This document shows positions 1 through 12,000 of a DNA stretch of 64,000 nucleotides, in pieces. The position numbers and the translations under genes were made by a program. Each line of letters opens with the position of its first letter. The first letter of the stretch is position 1. This DNA is from Cyanophora paradoxa CCMP329. Taxonomy: Eukaryota > Plantae > Glaucophyta. A model generated the notes under the pieces. The model searched no databases, was not told the DNA's origin, and was given only the letters and a program-made list of their open reading frames with translations. The stretch spans positions 1 to 64,000 of the forward strand of contig QPMI01000058.1 of the NCBI GenBank assembly GCA_004431415.1, read 5' to 3'.

Positions 1-921
1 ATGCCTCGCCGGAGACGGGCGGCTCGTGCCGGTGGACCATGTGCCCGAGCAGGTCGCTGTCCTTCAGCGTGTACTCGATGTGCGTCTTCTTCCCGTTCAC
101 CGTCACCCGCCCGTTCCGTATCGCCCCCTCCTGCATGCCATGCGACGTCGCGCGCGATCGGCGATCGCGATCGGCGGCGCCGGCGGCGTGGCGTGCGCGC
201 GGGCGGGCGGCTGCGGGGCGGGCGCGGGGGCGGAACGCACGTAGTACTCTGCGGTGGGGGCGGGGGCGGCGGCCCGGTCAGCTCTGGCCGGCGCCGAAGG
301 CACGCGGGCGGGGCGGACCGCGGCTGTAGTAGGGGAACTCGGTCGTGAAGACCTCGACCAGCTTGCGGCCGATCCACCGCCGCTGCCCGGCCGCCCGCGC
401 CGCCCGCCCGCAGCCGCGTCAGGACCCGCTGCCGCCGCCGGCCGGCCCGCCTGCACCGCCCCGCCCCGCCCCGCCCCGGCGCACCTTTGTAGAGACCATG
501 AAGTTGAACGGGTAAGGCGCGACGTAGCGCATGCCTGCCGCGCCGCGGAGCGCACGCGTCAGCGATCGCCAGCGCCGGGCGCGGCGGCGCGCGGCCCACC
601 GTTCGAGTGGAAGTAATCGAACTTCTTGATCTCCTCCGGCCTGCGCTCGGCCGCGGCGCGCGCGCGTCATACGATGCTTAGATATGCGGCGCGCGGCGCG
701 CGCCCGCACCACGTGAACTTGCTGTCGGTGCCCACGTCCTCTCCTTCCATCATTCTACGGTACCTCGAGCGCCGGATCGCTAGGACCTCGAAGGTCGGAT
801 TCGCGCGTCTAGCTCTCGTGCTCCGGATGGGCAGGGCTCGCCCGAGGAACTGCCGCCGCTCTGCCGGCTCCCGCTGGCTCGTCGCCGGTACCGCTGCTGT
901 CACCAAGAAGGTCACGGGCAT
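1..921 (-). CDS. RluA-family pseudouridine synthase (RPUSD2/RIB2-like), 5' exons; the gene runs off the left edge
   Basis: Spliced minus-strand exons read GMRYVAPYPFNFMVSTK / RWIGRKLVEVFTTEFPYYS / EYY / GAIRNGRVTVNGKKTHIEYTLKDSDLLGHMVHRHEPPV. This matches the N-terminal S4-like region and HRHEPPV motif of eukaryotic RPUSD2. The start codon is uncertain. Confidence 0.85.
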
Positions 922-1268
922 CCGCTATCGTCGTTCTCACTTGTACCCCCACATCGCCCACAAACAGAGCAAGCGCCCTCGGAGCGCACCTCTGCGGCAT
1001 CTCAGACACGCATCAGGAGCGCCGCTAGTTTGTATCAGTCGGCCAGCGCGCGGGCAGGAGTGTCCCGTAGTTTCCCAGCGTCACGCTCAAGCTTAAGTGG
1101 CCTCCTTCAGCGGCAATTCGGCCTCAGGAGCACTTCTAGGAGTGTGACGGACGGGACAGAGGCGTTGGCAAGGTCGGGGCACTTAGCTAGGATTGGCTTG
1201 GAGGTCGCTGCGCACAAGGCCCGCGAGCCGCGCTGGAGGCGGGCTAGGTAGCTAGCTATAGCGGCGCC

Positions 1269-4200
1269 ATGCTTCAGCGGCTCGCGCGCCGCGAGGGCAA
1301 GGATGGAGGCCCGAGACCGTTCACGGCGCCGGAGGCGCTGCCGCCGCTGGCCGCGGCCCCGCCGCCGCGCTCCGTGTCACCGCCGCCGATCCGGGCGCTG
1401 GCTTCGCGCTCGAGCTCCCACGGCGTGCTGCGGACGAGCACGCCGCAGCCGGGCACGAAGTCGGGCACGCCCATGTCGCGGATGCGGGCGAAGCTGGCCG
1501 GCGCGATGGACGCCTCGCACACGCTGGACGGCACGAAGAGCGCGGCGGACTTGGGCGGCGTCCCCCTCTACCGCCTCAACCTGGTGCGCCCGCTCCTCGT
1601 CCCGCGCGCTGCCCTGCGCCCCGCGCGCCGGGAGCGAGCGAGCGCGCGGGGCGGCGGGGCGCAGGCGAAGGGGAACAACACGCTGCAGCACAGCGCGACG
1701 GAGCCCAGGCTGCTGCGGCCGAAGACTGCGCCCGAGGCGGCGGCGAAGGGCGCCGCGAGCGGGTCGGACGAGGAGCAGCCGTCGTCGCCCCCGCCGGCCG
1801 CCGCCGCCGCCTGGGGCGAGGGCTCCTCCCAGGCACGTAACCCCCCGCCCGCCCTACTTCTGCCCCGCCGCCTGCCAACCTCCTTCTCAGCGCTCCTGTA
1901 AGTAATGATAAAATCTTAGCAAAACTTCAAAGTTCTAGATTCTTTAAAAATTTTGAAGTAAAGAACAGCTTACCAGTATTTATAAACGATAAACTTTATG
2001 GTTATTCTGACCCTCCGCTCAGCGCTCGGCGAAGCTGCGGCGGCCGGTGATGAGCGCCTTCACGAAGGAGATGAACGAGATCGCGGGGCGAGCGCTCGCC
2101 GACCTCTCGGCGTCGAGCGAGGTCGAGGGCAAGAGCGTCATGGCCCAGCTCAGGAAGCTCCAGGTCCGCGATGGGCCGGGCCGGGGCGGGGCGGAGCGGG
2201 GCGGAGCTGGGCTGAGCTAGGCTGAGCTAGGCTGAGCTAGGCTGCCCGCGCCCCTCCTAGAAGCTGGGTCGCCAGCATCCGGCTCGAGCTCGAGCTCGAG
2301 CTCCGGGCGGCCCCGCACGCACGCTCTCCCCGCCCCCACGACGGCGCCTGACGCCGCCTCGCCCCTCCCTCCCTCCCCCGGGCAGGAGGTGGACCGGGAG
2401 ATCGCGATGGGGCGGTCGGCGCTGCAGCAGACGCTCGACGACATCCGCACGATGATCGGCTCCGGCTCCGACGTCTCCGGCTACCGCGGCCTCGGTGCCG
2501 TACCCCCCCGCCCCCGCCTCTCGGTCTCGGCGCCCCTCACGCCCCCGGGCTTCAGACCTGGTGGACTCGGTCTCGAAGCGCGGCTTCGCGGCCCCCGAGC
2601 AGGGCCGCTTCTACCGCATGCTCGTCCACGAGGTCAGCGGCGAGGGGCGGGGCGGGGCGAGCGGGGCTAGAGGCTAGAGGCGGGAGGCGGGAGGCTAGAG
2701 GCGGGGCGGGGGGCCGGGCGGCGCCCTCCGGAGCCAAAACCCTCATCTCCGCCCCGCGCAGGCGTGCTCGGCGGTGCGGATCGCGTGCACGTCGCCGAAC
2801 GGGGGCAAGCCGCTCGTGTACGTCTCCAACGCGGCGACGAACGTGCCGTACCCCTCCAAGGGCGCCGCCACCTGGCAGACCAAGATCCCCAACGAGGTAC
2901 CCCCCACCCCATCCGCGCCTTCTCGCCCTGCGGCGCTCACCTCTGCCGGGCCGCCTCGCCTCCCCGCCGCCCCGCGCTCAGGTGATCCAGATCCTGCCGG
3001 AGCACCCCGCCTTCCGCGCAACGGGGCCCTACTACATCGGCGTGCGTCCCAGGCGTAGGGGGCGAGGGCGAGGGCGAGGGCGGGGGCGTGCTGAGGCGGG
3101 GCGCAGGTGGCGTCGCCGTTCGGGCACTGCGACTTCGACATCACCGTCTCCGCCGTCTCCGTCCTGCGCGATGGCATCCCCCGCGCCGCCCAGGCCCGCC
3201 CTGACCCGCCCGACCCGCGGCCCTGCCCCCCCTGTCTGACCCCGGGCGCCTCGCTCGCTCAGGTGAGCCGGGGCTCCTACAAGTGGTTCAAGACGGCGGT
3301 GCCCGACGCCCACTCCTCCCTCGTCATCGACTTCCAGGTACCCCCCTTCTTCTCCCCCTCCCCTCCCCCTTCCCCTCCCCTCCTCGAGCGAGCGCGCGCG
3401 CGCAGACGACGGACGGGGCGGCGCGCCTCTTCGTCACCAACGAGCACGGCAAGGTGCCGTGACTGCCGTCATCGATCGATCACGCGTGATCGATCGCGCG
3501 TGACGCGACGTGATGCGATAGATGGCGTCGTGGGAGGAGTGCGTGTGGAAGGTGGAAGGCGCGCGGGGCCGCATCGTCGTTGCGCCCAAGGACCCGAGCC
3601 ACGCCAAGGGGCCCTACTCCATCGGCGTCCTCGGCGAGACCGAGGTCCCCGCGTACCCCGCCCCCTCGGCTCAGCTGATCTGAGCTTATCTGAGCTTCGT
3701 TCGCAGGCGGCGTCGTTCTCGATCACGACGGCGGCGATCACGGAGCTGCAGCCCGGCATCGTTGTCGACGGCCACGTCGCCCCGGACACCTACAAGGCGA
3801 GCCCGCCGGAGGGCCGAAGAGCGGGCGCCCTCACGCCCGCCCGCCCCCGCGACCCTTGTCCTTCTCCTCGGCCCCTGAAGCCGCCGGCCCTCCGCCCCCG
3901 CAGTACTACTCGTTCCGGGTACCCGTCGTCTGCGGCTTCAAGGTCGGCCCGCGCCCCGCCCCGCCCCGCCCCGCCCTCGGCTGCCTTCGGCGCCTTGACG
4001 CGGCGCCGCGGCTCCAGGTGGAGCTGCGCTCGCAGCTGGGATCCCCCGAGGCGTACCTCTCCCTCCGAGACGAGTTCCCCTCCAAGGCAAGGCGGCGGGG
4101 GGGGGGGTACAGGAGGGAGCCGCTTCGTTCGGGCTCGCTGACTTCGCCGCGCGGGCGCGCGGGCGCAGGCGCGGTGCACGTGGGCGATGAAAGGCATCGC

Positions 4201-7200
4201 GACCCGCGGCTTCGGCACCATCGTCGTGCGCCTCTACCCCCCTCACCCTCCATTCTTTCATGTACCCCTCACTCCCGAGCCCCTCCTCGCCGCGCAGGTG
4301 GGCCCCTCGGACCCCGACTTCGGGATGGGTACCTACTCCCTCGCCATCTTCGGGTGCCCGATCCCCGCGTACCCCCTCCATTCCCGTACCCCCATCTCAC
4401 CGCGGGCGGGGGCAGGGCGGAGCGCGCCGAGTTCCACGTGATGCTCTCCATCCTCTCCAGTACCCCCCTCCCTTTCTCCCCCCCCCCTCCTCCCCTCCCG
4501 CCCACGCTCCGGCACCCCTCTCGCAGCGCACGCGGTGCAGATCTACCCGACGGTGTCGGTGTACCCCTCGGCGAAGGTCGGGGGCCGGCGGAGCGCTCTG
4601 GAGGCTGAGCTCATGCAGCAGATCGCCCAGATCCAGGCGCGCGCGTACCCCCCTCCAGCACCTTCCGTCTCGTACCCCCCTCCTGAACGCCGGGCGCAGG
4701 CGGAGCCGGAGAGCGCGGACGCGTGGATGGCGAAGATGGACGCGGAGATAAGGCAGCTGGCGGAGTCGCGGGCGACGGGGGGCCGGCCCCTCGAGCCGGG
4801 CGCCCTCATCCTCTCGCCCGAGGGGCGCCTGGCCCGCATCGAGACGCTGGGCGCGCTGCGGGCGGCCCGGGGCGAGCGGGCGCGCGAGGAGAAGGGGCGG
4901 CTGATGGCCGAGCGGGCCGAGGCCATCACCGAGGACCTCCGCCGCAAGGCGGCGCGCCCCCTCCCCCCCCCTTTCCCCCCCCCCCTCACTCCGGCTCAGG
5001 TGATCGCGGAGCACGGGCGGCTGCTGCAGCGGCAGAAGCTCTGGCTCGGCGTCGTCGCCTTCGCCGTCCGCGCCCGCTTCTTCGTCCGCCAGGTCCGCTC
5101 AGATCAGATCAGATCGGATCGGATCGGATCTGACCTCGCCCGCCGCAGCTGGAGCACCACAAGTGGTGGCAGGGGCGGCTGCGGCTGATGGAGGCCTCGG
5201 CGCGCGTGATCCAGCGCTCCTGGCGCGCCCACTTCCTCCGCGTCCGATTCAAGGAGCGCCTCGGGGCCATCAAGACCATGCGCAAGCGCGCCCCCGCCCC
5301 CGCCCTCGCCCCCGCCCCCGCCCTCTCTGCCGGATGTGGCCTGCCCTCTCACGCTTTGGGACCGGCTGGCAGGTACGCGTTCTTCATGGTGCTGCGGCGG
5401 GGCATCGAGCGGAAGCGGGCGGGGGCCAAGGCGATCCGCCAGTTCGTGGGCTACTACTCGGGCGTGCGGCGCTACCTCGAGGCCTTCCGCTCCTTCCGCA
5501 CCCGCGGTCCGCCCAGCAGGCTCCGCCGCCTCCCGGCTCCCGTCTGAGAGTCCTCCCGCCCGCAGCGATCAAGGCGCAGCGGTTCATAGGGACGTGGTCG
5601 CGGGCCACGTTCGCCCGCCTGCGCCTCCTCGGCATCCAGTGGGATAACGCCCTCCGCGTCCGCCCGCCCCGCCCCGCCCCGCCCCGCCCGACCGAGCCCC
5701 GCCCCCGCCCGCCCGCCTCCGCCTAGCTAGGCCTCGTTACGCTTCCCCCTCCCTCCCTCGCGCCCCCGAACGACCGAGCCCCGCGTGCTTTCGGCGCAGG
5801 CGATGGAGCCGGGGGAGCGGCCGCCGATCCCGGAGGGCATCAAGTGGGACGTCCTCAGGGCCTACCTCCGCAAGGCGCCCCGCCCCGCCCCGCCCGCCTT
5901 CTCCGCGAAGCTGACGCGCGCGCCCGGCCCGTGCAGACGCGGCTGGACTACTGGTACGCCAAGCTCGCCTGGCTCGAGGTCCGCGGGCCTAGCGGGCCTC
6001 GCTTCGACACGGGCTGAGGCGAGGGCGCGCGCAGGCGCACGGGCTGCCGCTGCCGTCGCTGGAGGTCGAGTCGCCGCGGACGGTAAAGCGGAAGATGGCG
6101 GAGGCCGAGGAGCAGCGGCTCCGCGACCAGCGCGAGGCCGAGGAGGAGTTCTTCCGCGGGTCCGCACCCCGCGCGCCCCCGCTGCCCCCGCCCCGCGCCC
6201 CGCCCCGCCCTACGCGAGGGCGGGGGGCTTGCAACCTCCCTATCCATCCCTATGTGCCGCCCTGGCCCGGCCCGGCCCCGCCCGGCCTGAACCCGGCCCC
6301 GCAGGGTGGAGGAGGAGAGGCGGGCGGCCGCCCTCGCCGCAGAGGAGGCTGTGCGCCGCCGCCCCCGCCCCCGCCCCTGTAGCCCGCCGGCTGCTGCTCC
6401 CCCCCCCTGACTCGTCCCCCCACTCAGAGGGCGGAGCTGGCGGCGGCGACGGCGCCGGCCAAGAAGGGGAGGGGCAGGGCGGCCAAGGACGTGCGCCCTT
6501 CCTTCTCACCTGAACTTGTCGCATCGTGTCTCATCGGCCGGGCCGCAGGGCGCCAAGGAGAAGGAGAAGGAGAAGAAGGGCGAGGCGTCGCGGCGGGCGT
6601 CGGTCGATGCGGCGGCGGCGGCAGCAGCGGCGGAGTCGTCCGACAAGGCCGACAAGAAGAAGAAGAAGAAAGAGAAGGTGCGCCGGCGCGGGACGGCGCG
6701 GCGCGGCGCGGCGCGGCGCAGGGCCTAGGACCAGAGCCGGGGTCGCGGGCGCTCGCGGCGCGGCCGGCCCCGGCCCCGGCCGACGGGGCGGGCGGGGGCG
6801 GGGCAGGAGGGGAGGCGTCGCCGAAGAAGAAGGAGAAGTCGGAGGACGAGGGCGGGAGGAGAAGAAGGGGGGAAGAAAAAGAAGCCCGGCGCCAAGGTCA
6901 AGATCTCCATCCAGGCCCGCCCGCCCGCCCCGCCCCGCCCCGCCCCGCAAGGCTGACGGGCCCGGGGGCGCGCGCGCGCAGGAGGCGCGGCCCGGGGGGG
7001 ACTCGAGCCCGGGGCGGGCGATGGGCCTGGCGACGGCGCGGCGCAAGGCCTCGTCGCTGTCGGGGGCGGAGCACTCGGCCAAGATCCGCCGCCGCCTCGC
7101 CAAGGAGTGGAAGGCGCGCCCGCCCGCCCGCCCGCCCCCTCTGAGCGGTCCGAGCGGGCTGAGCGAGCGGCGGCGTGATCCGCAGGGGGCGCCGCGGGTG

Positions 7201-8092
7201 CGGTGCGTGCTGATGGACGAAGAGATCGCGGCCCTCATCGAGCGTGCGCCCCGCCCCGGCCCCGCCCCGCCCCCGCCCCCGGCCCCGGCCCTCTCCGACG
7301 CGGCGTGGGGTCAGAGGCGGTGACGATCCTGCGGCACGAAGCGCTCTACGGTCCCGTCGAGTGCGCCCCGCCGCTCCCCTCCGCAGGACGGAGGCGGGGG
7401 AACTAGGTCCCCAGCTAGCGCGAGATCGATGGATGGGTCCCAGGGGCCGGGCCGAAGCGGGGGCCCTTCCTCGCTAGAAGCCGGCCGGCCGCCCCGCCCG
7501 CGTTTGACGGCGCCCCCGCAGCCACTTGGAGGAGGACGGGGCGGCGCCGCTGAGCGCGCGCTCGGCCCGCTCGGCGCGCTCGGCGCGGCGGACCTCGGAG
7601 GGCGAGTCGGGGCTCGCGAGCCTCGGGGGCGCCCGCGGCGGCCTCGGCCTGGCGCCCCCGGGGCCTACCCCGCCGAGCGCCGCCTCTCCCGCGGCTCGGC
7701 CCTCAACGCCTCCGAGGGCAGCGACGGCGCCCCGGCACCGCCGACGGCGCCCGCCCCGGCTCCCGCGGCACGGGCGACGGGCGGCCGGGCTCGCGGGAGC
7801 GCGGGGAGGGCGGGCGGCCGGGCTCGCGGGGGTCGACGGACTCGCGGCCCTCGTCCTCGGGCCTCCTCGCGCTGGCGCTGCCGCGGGGCGCGCCGGCGTC
7901 GCGCCAGCGCAAGAAGAGCGTCCAGATGCTGGGCGAGCTGCTCGGGGCGCAGGCGGCGCAGAACGCCGCCGGCTCGCGCCGCCCCTCGTACGCCGTCCTG
8001 CCCTCCGAGGCGGCCGCCATCGTCGTCAGCGAGCCTCCGTAGCTATAGCGCCCCGGCCCGCGCGCCGGCGCCCTTCCCCCGGATCTAGCTAG
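1269..8092 (+). CDS. Large multi-exon hypothetical protein: disordered N-terminus, three tandem PPC-like beta-sandwich repeats, coiled coil, IQ-like motif, Lys/Glu-rich tail
   Basis: More than 25 exons can be linked by GT/GC-AG introns. The three repeats end ILPEHPAFRATGPYYIG, VAPKDPSHAKGPYSIGVLG and VGPSDPDFGMGTYSLAIFG. An IQ-like ARVIQRSWRAHFLR lies at about 5200. The 3' end is approximate. Confidence 0.65.
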
Positions 8093-9017
8093 ACCCAGAG
8101 CGAGAAGATCAGAATTAGCCCCGTAGTGCTGCTCGCCTTCGATTCCTAGACTCCGGCGGACGGGCGCGCGAGTTCCAATTTATGGACATCATCGTATGAT
8201 TCGTATCATAGTATGTACATGTCATCAAATCAATTGAATGAGAGCCCGAAAGCTTCAATCTCATGAAATTGCAATAATTTTGCCTTTGAAGAACTAGGTC
8301 GACGCGTACGTCTAGCTAGCCTGGGAAAGGATCCCGGATCCGGAAGGCTACGCACACTTCCAAAGACGCTACGTATACATGCACACGTGAAAGCGCTCGA
8401 ATTAAGCAGCGATCCAAGCTTCACATGTCCGTCTAGATCTAGACAAGAAGTCTGCGCATGCACACATCTGTACAAGACAAGAAGACTGTACACAGACTAG
8501 ACAATTTAGATATAGACTCTGAGACAAGAAGACTGTACAAATCAAAATATATCTAGATCTGGAGCTGCACGCACACTGAATCTTTACATTTTAGAAATTT
8601 ACACAACTGCAAAAGCACACTGCTCGAAGATCCGATCGAAGTACGCGTGCGCACGCAATTCTAACGTTAACACGACACATGACACGTGATCGATGCAGAA
8701 AATGTACTAGCTATATAGGCAGGATGAGGGCAGGCCTAGGTGCTCAGACTGGCAGATCTGGAACGCACGGAACCCCCAACGTGAGACTCTAAGAAACAAA
8801 TCAAGAATGACTGATCAAAGCTCGCGATCGGAGAAACTCGCAGATCAAAAGGCGAAATGATTCGAATTAAAGCTGCAGCTGAAATTGAAGGAGCCGTTGA
8901 ACGGCCCCCCCCCCCCCCCCCGGGCCGAAATCGAGCTACATGAGCCGCAAAGGAGTTTAAAAAGAGGTTGCCGATATCGATATCGGTGGATCCTGGTCGC
9001 TAATTTACAAATACAAG

Positions 9018-12000
9018 TCACTGCGTGAGGGCAGCGGATCCGGAGGGGCGAGGGGGCTGCGGGGCCAGGGGGCCCGGGCCCGGGCGAGAGCCGCCTGAGT
9101 TCGTGTACGCCGATCCGGATCCGGATCCGGATCCGGAGCCGTGGCCAGACGTCGACGCGGTGGAGGTCGACGCAGACAAGGGGCCGGATCCGGATCCGGA
9201 GCCCCCGCCTGCGTTGGCGTTGGGCGGGCGCGGGGGCCGCCAGCCGGTGAACTTCTCGAGGGCGGCGAGGAGCTCGTCGCGCTTGACGGGCTTGCGCAGC
9301 ACGGCGTCCATCCCGCTGCTGTAGCACCGCCGCTCGTCCGCGCTCATCGCGTTCGCCCTGCCCGGCCGTGAGGCGCAAAGGAAGCGGGCGCCCCGCGTGG
9401 CCTAAGATATCGAGCTGGATCTAGATCTTGATCTGAAGCTCAAGTTTAAATCTAAAATGCTCTAAGACTTCGACCGCGCGCGGGGGCGGGCGCACGTGAG
9501 GGCGACGATGGGGACGCGGGGGCGCGGCGACCCGGAGCCGCGCCCGACAGCCCCGCCGCCGCCGGCGCCGGCCTCGCGCTCGCGCTCAAGGCGGCGGATC
9601 TCGAGGGAGGCCTCGCAGCCGTCCAACCGCGGCATCTGCATGTCTGCCCCGGCGTCAGTCATGATCAGCCTCGACCGGGGGCGCGGAGGGAGGGGAGAGG
9701 AGAGCGGCCCGGCGGCCGCACCCATGAGGATGAAGTCTGCCGAGGCGGAACGGGGCGTCAGCTGAGCGGAAGGAGAGGCGGGGCGGGGCGGGGCGGGGGG
9801 GACCGGGGGCGGGGCCGGCGGCGAAGCGGTCGACGGCCTGCTGGCCGTCCCACGCGACCTCGATCTCGATGCCGACGCGGCGCAGCATCTGCTCCACAAT
9901 CTTCTGGTTCAGCGCCTGGTCCTCCACCAGCAGCACCCGCGGCGGGCCCCCGGCCCCGGCCGTCAGAAGAAGCCGCCCCGACGACCCCCCGCCCGAGACC
10001 GGTGCGCCCGGCGCCGCCGAGGCGGCCGGCGCGGGGCGGGGAGCCGGTGGCCATGGCCCCTCGGAAGCGGGGGAGGCCTCCGGAGAGCACGAGGCGAGCA
10101 GGCCGCCGCCGCCGCCGCCGCCGCCCGCCGCCGACGCCGCTACCGCCGGCGGCGCATCGCCGCCGGCGGGGAAGCCGCTGGCGAGGGCGAGGGCGCGGCC
10201 CATCTGGAGGGCGGCGTGCTGCTGGGCCTGCCGCGAGACCGCGGCGAGGAGGAGGCGGAGCTTGACGAGCCGCACCGGCTTCCCCAGCCACATCGGCGCC
10301 CTGCGGGGATCCGGAGCTAGCTCAGCGGCGGCGGGCGCGGCCACGGCAGCGATCGGATCGCGAACCGCTCACAATCGGCCGCGCCGGCGCCGGCGCCGGG
10401 CGCGGGGCCGTCCCGCTTGCCGTTGGGCGACGAGGAGAAGGAGGCGCCGGATGCGGGCGCTGGGGGGCGGAGCTGCCCCGAGGCGGTGAGGACCGCCCCG
10501 CGGCGGTTGATGCTGGAGACGAGCACGGGGGCCGGCCCCGGCCGCGGCCGCGGCCGCGGCGCAGCGCCGGCGCCAGCCGCCGGCGCCGGCCCGGACGCCT
10601 CGCAGTCGCCCTCGCCCTCGCTGACGCTGTCGCAGGCCGAGTTCGAAGGGCGGCGCGTCATCGCGGCGACGGCGCGCAGGAGGGTGATCGCCACGCAGGG
10701 GCCCCGCTCGGCCGCCGCGAAGGGCGCCCCGCCCAGGGGGCTCCCCCGGTAGGATGAGCCGGCGCCCGGCCCCGCCCCCGCCGGCCCCTCCTCGGCTCCC
10801 ACCGGCCCCCCCTCGGCGTTGAGGGCGCGGCTGACCGTGAGCTGCAGCGGGAGCGGGAGCGGGAGCGGGAGGGGGCCCTCCGCAAGGCCCAGAGGCGACG
10901 CCATCTGCGCGCTGGGCTTGGGACCCAGCGCGAAGCGCCCGCTGGAGCCCTCTCCGCCGGCCCCGTCGTGCGCTGCAGCCGCAATCGGTCAGCAGCGAAG
11001 AGGGGGCCTAGCCTCAGGCCTGAGGGGCGGACAGGGGAGGTCGTCGTCGACGAAGATGGCGTCGAAGCGGAGCGGGCCGCGGAGGAGGCCCCGCGCCCGC
11101 GCCGCCGAGCGCGCGAAGACCGCCGGGCACCCGAGCGCCGCGAGGTACGCCGCCAGCGCCTCCCGCACCGGCGCGCTGCCGCCGACGCCGCCGGCCAGTT
11201 AACGCTAGCTCGAGATCTAGATCTAGGAGGCACGCGCACCAGCTGGTTGCGACGAGGACGGAGACCGGCGGATCGAGCTGCGGGCCGGGCCGGACGGGAG
11301 TCGATGCGGTCAGCGCCGCGCGACGCAAGCTTAAGCGCGTTGCTGCACACTGCGCGCGCTCGCCTTTAGGTCTTCTGGGCTGGAGGGCAGCTGCGTCGTC
11401 GAGGCCCGCCGCTCGGCCAGGCGCCGCGGCCCGCCGCCCCCCTGCGACTCGCTCAGATCAGATCTGAGCTCAGAGGCCCAGAGGCCCCGAGAGCGACTGG
11501 ATGGGCTGGGAGGGTCATATCTGGAGCTCACCGGGGGGGAGCAGAGTGGCAGGAAGGCAGATCCGGGGGTACCGGTGGCGGGGCTGTCGACGAGGCTGAA
11601 GGGCAGGTCGACGACGAAGGTGGTGCCGGCGCCGAGGGTCGACGAGGCGGAGATGCGCCCGCCCATCAGCTCCGCCAGCTGCTTCGAGATGCTCAGGCCT
11701 GCCCTCGCGATCGCCCGCCCGTCCGCCCGCCGCGTGAGACCGGCCACCGGCGCGGGGCGGGGCGGGGCGGGCGGGCGGACCCATGCCGGTGCCGCCGTAC
11801 TTGCGGGTGATGGTCTCGTTGACCTGCACGAAGTCCTGGAAGAGGCGTGCCACCCCCTCCCGGTCCATCCCCATCCCCTGCGCACGCGCCCCCGCTAGCG
11901 TCGGCCCGCGGTGCACGGGCGGGGCGGGCGGGGCGGGGCGGGGCGGGCGGACGGTGTCGGTGACAGAGATGGTGTAGACTGGGCGATGCGGGCCCCGGCT

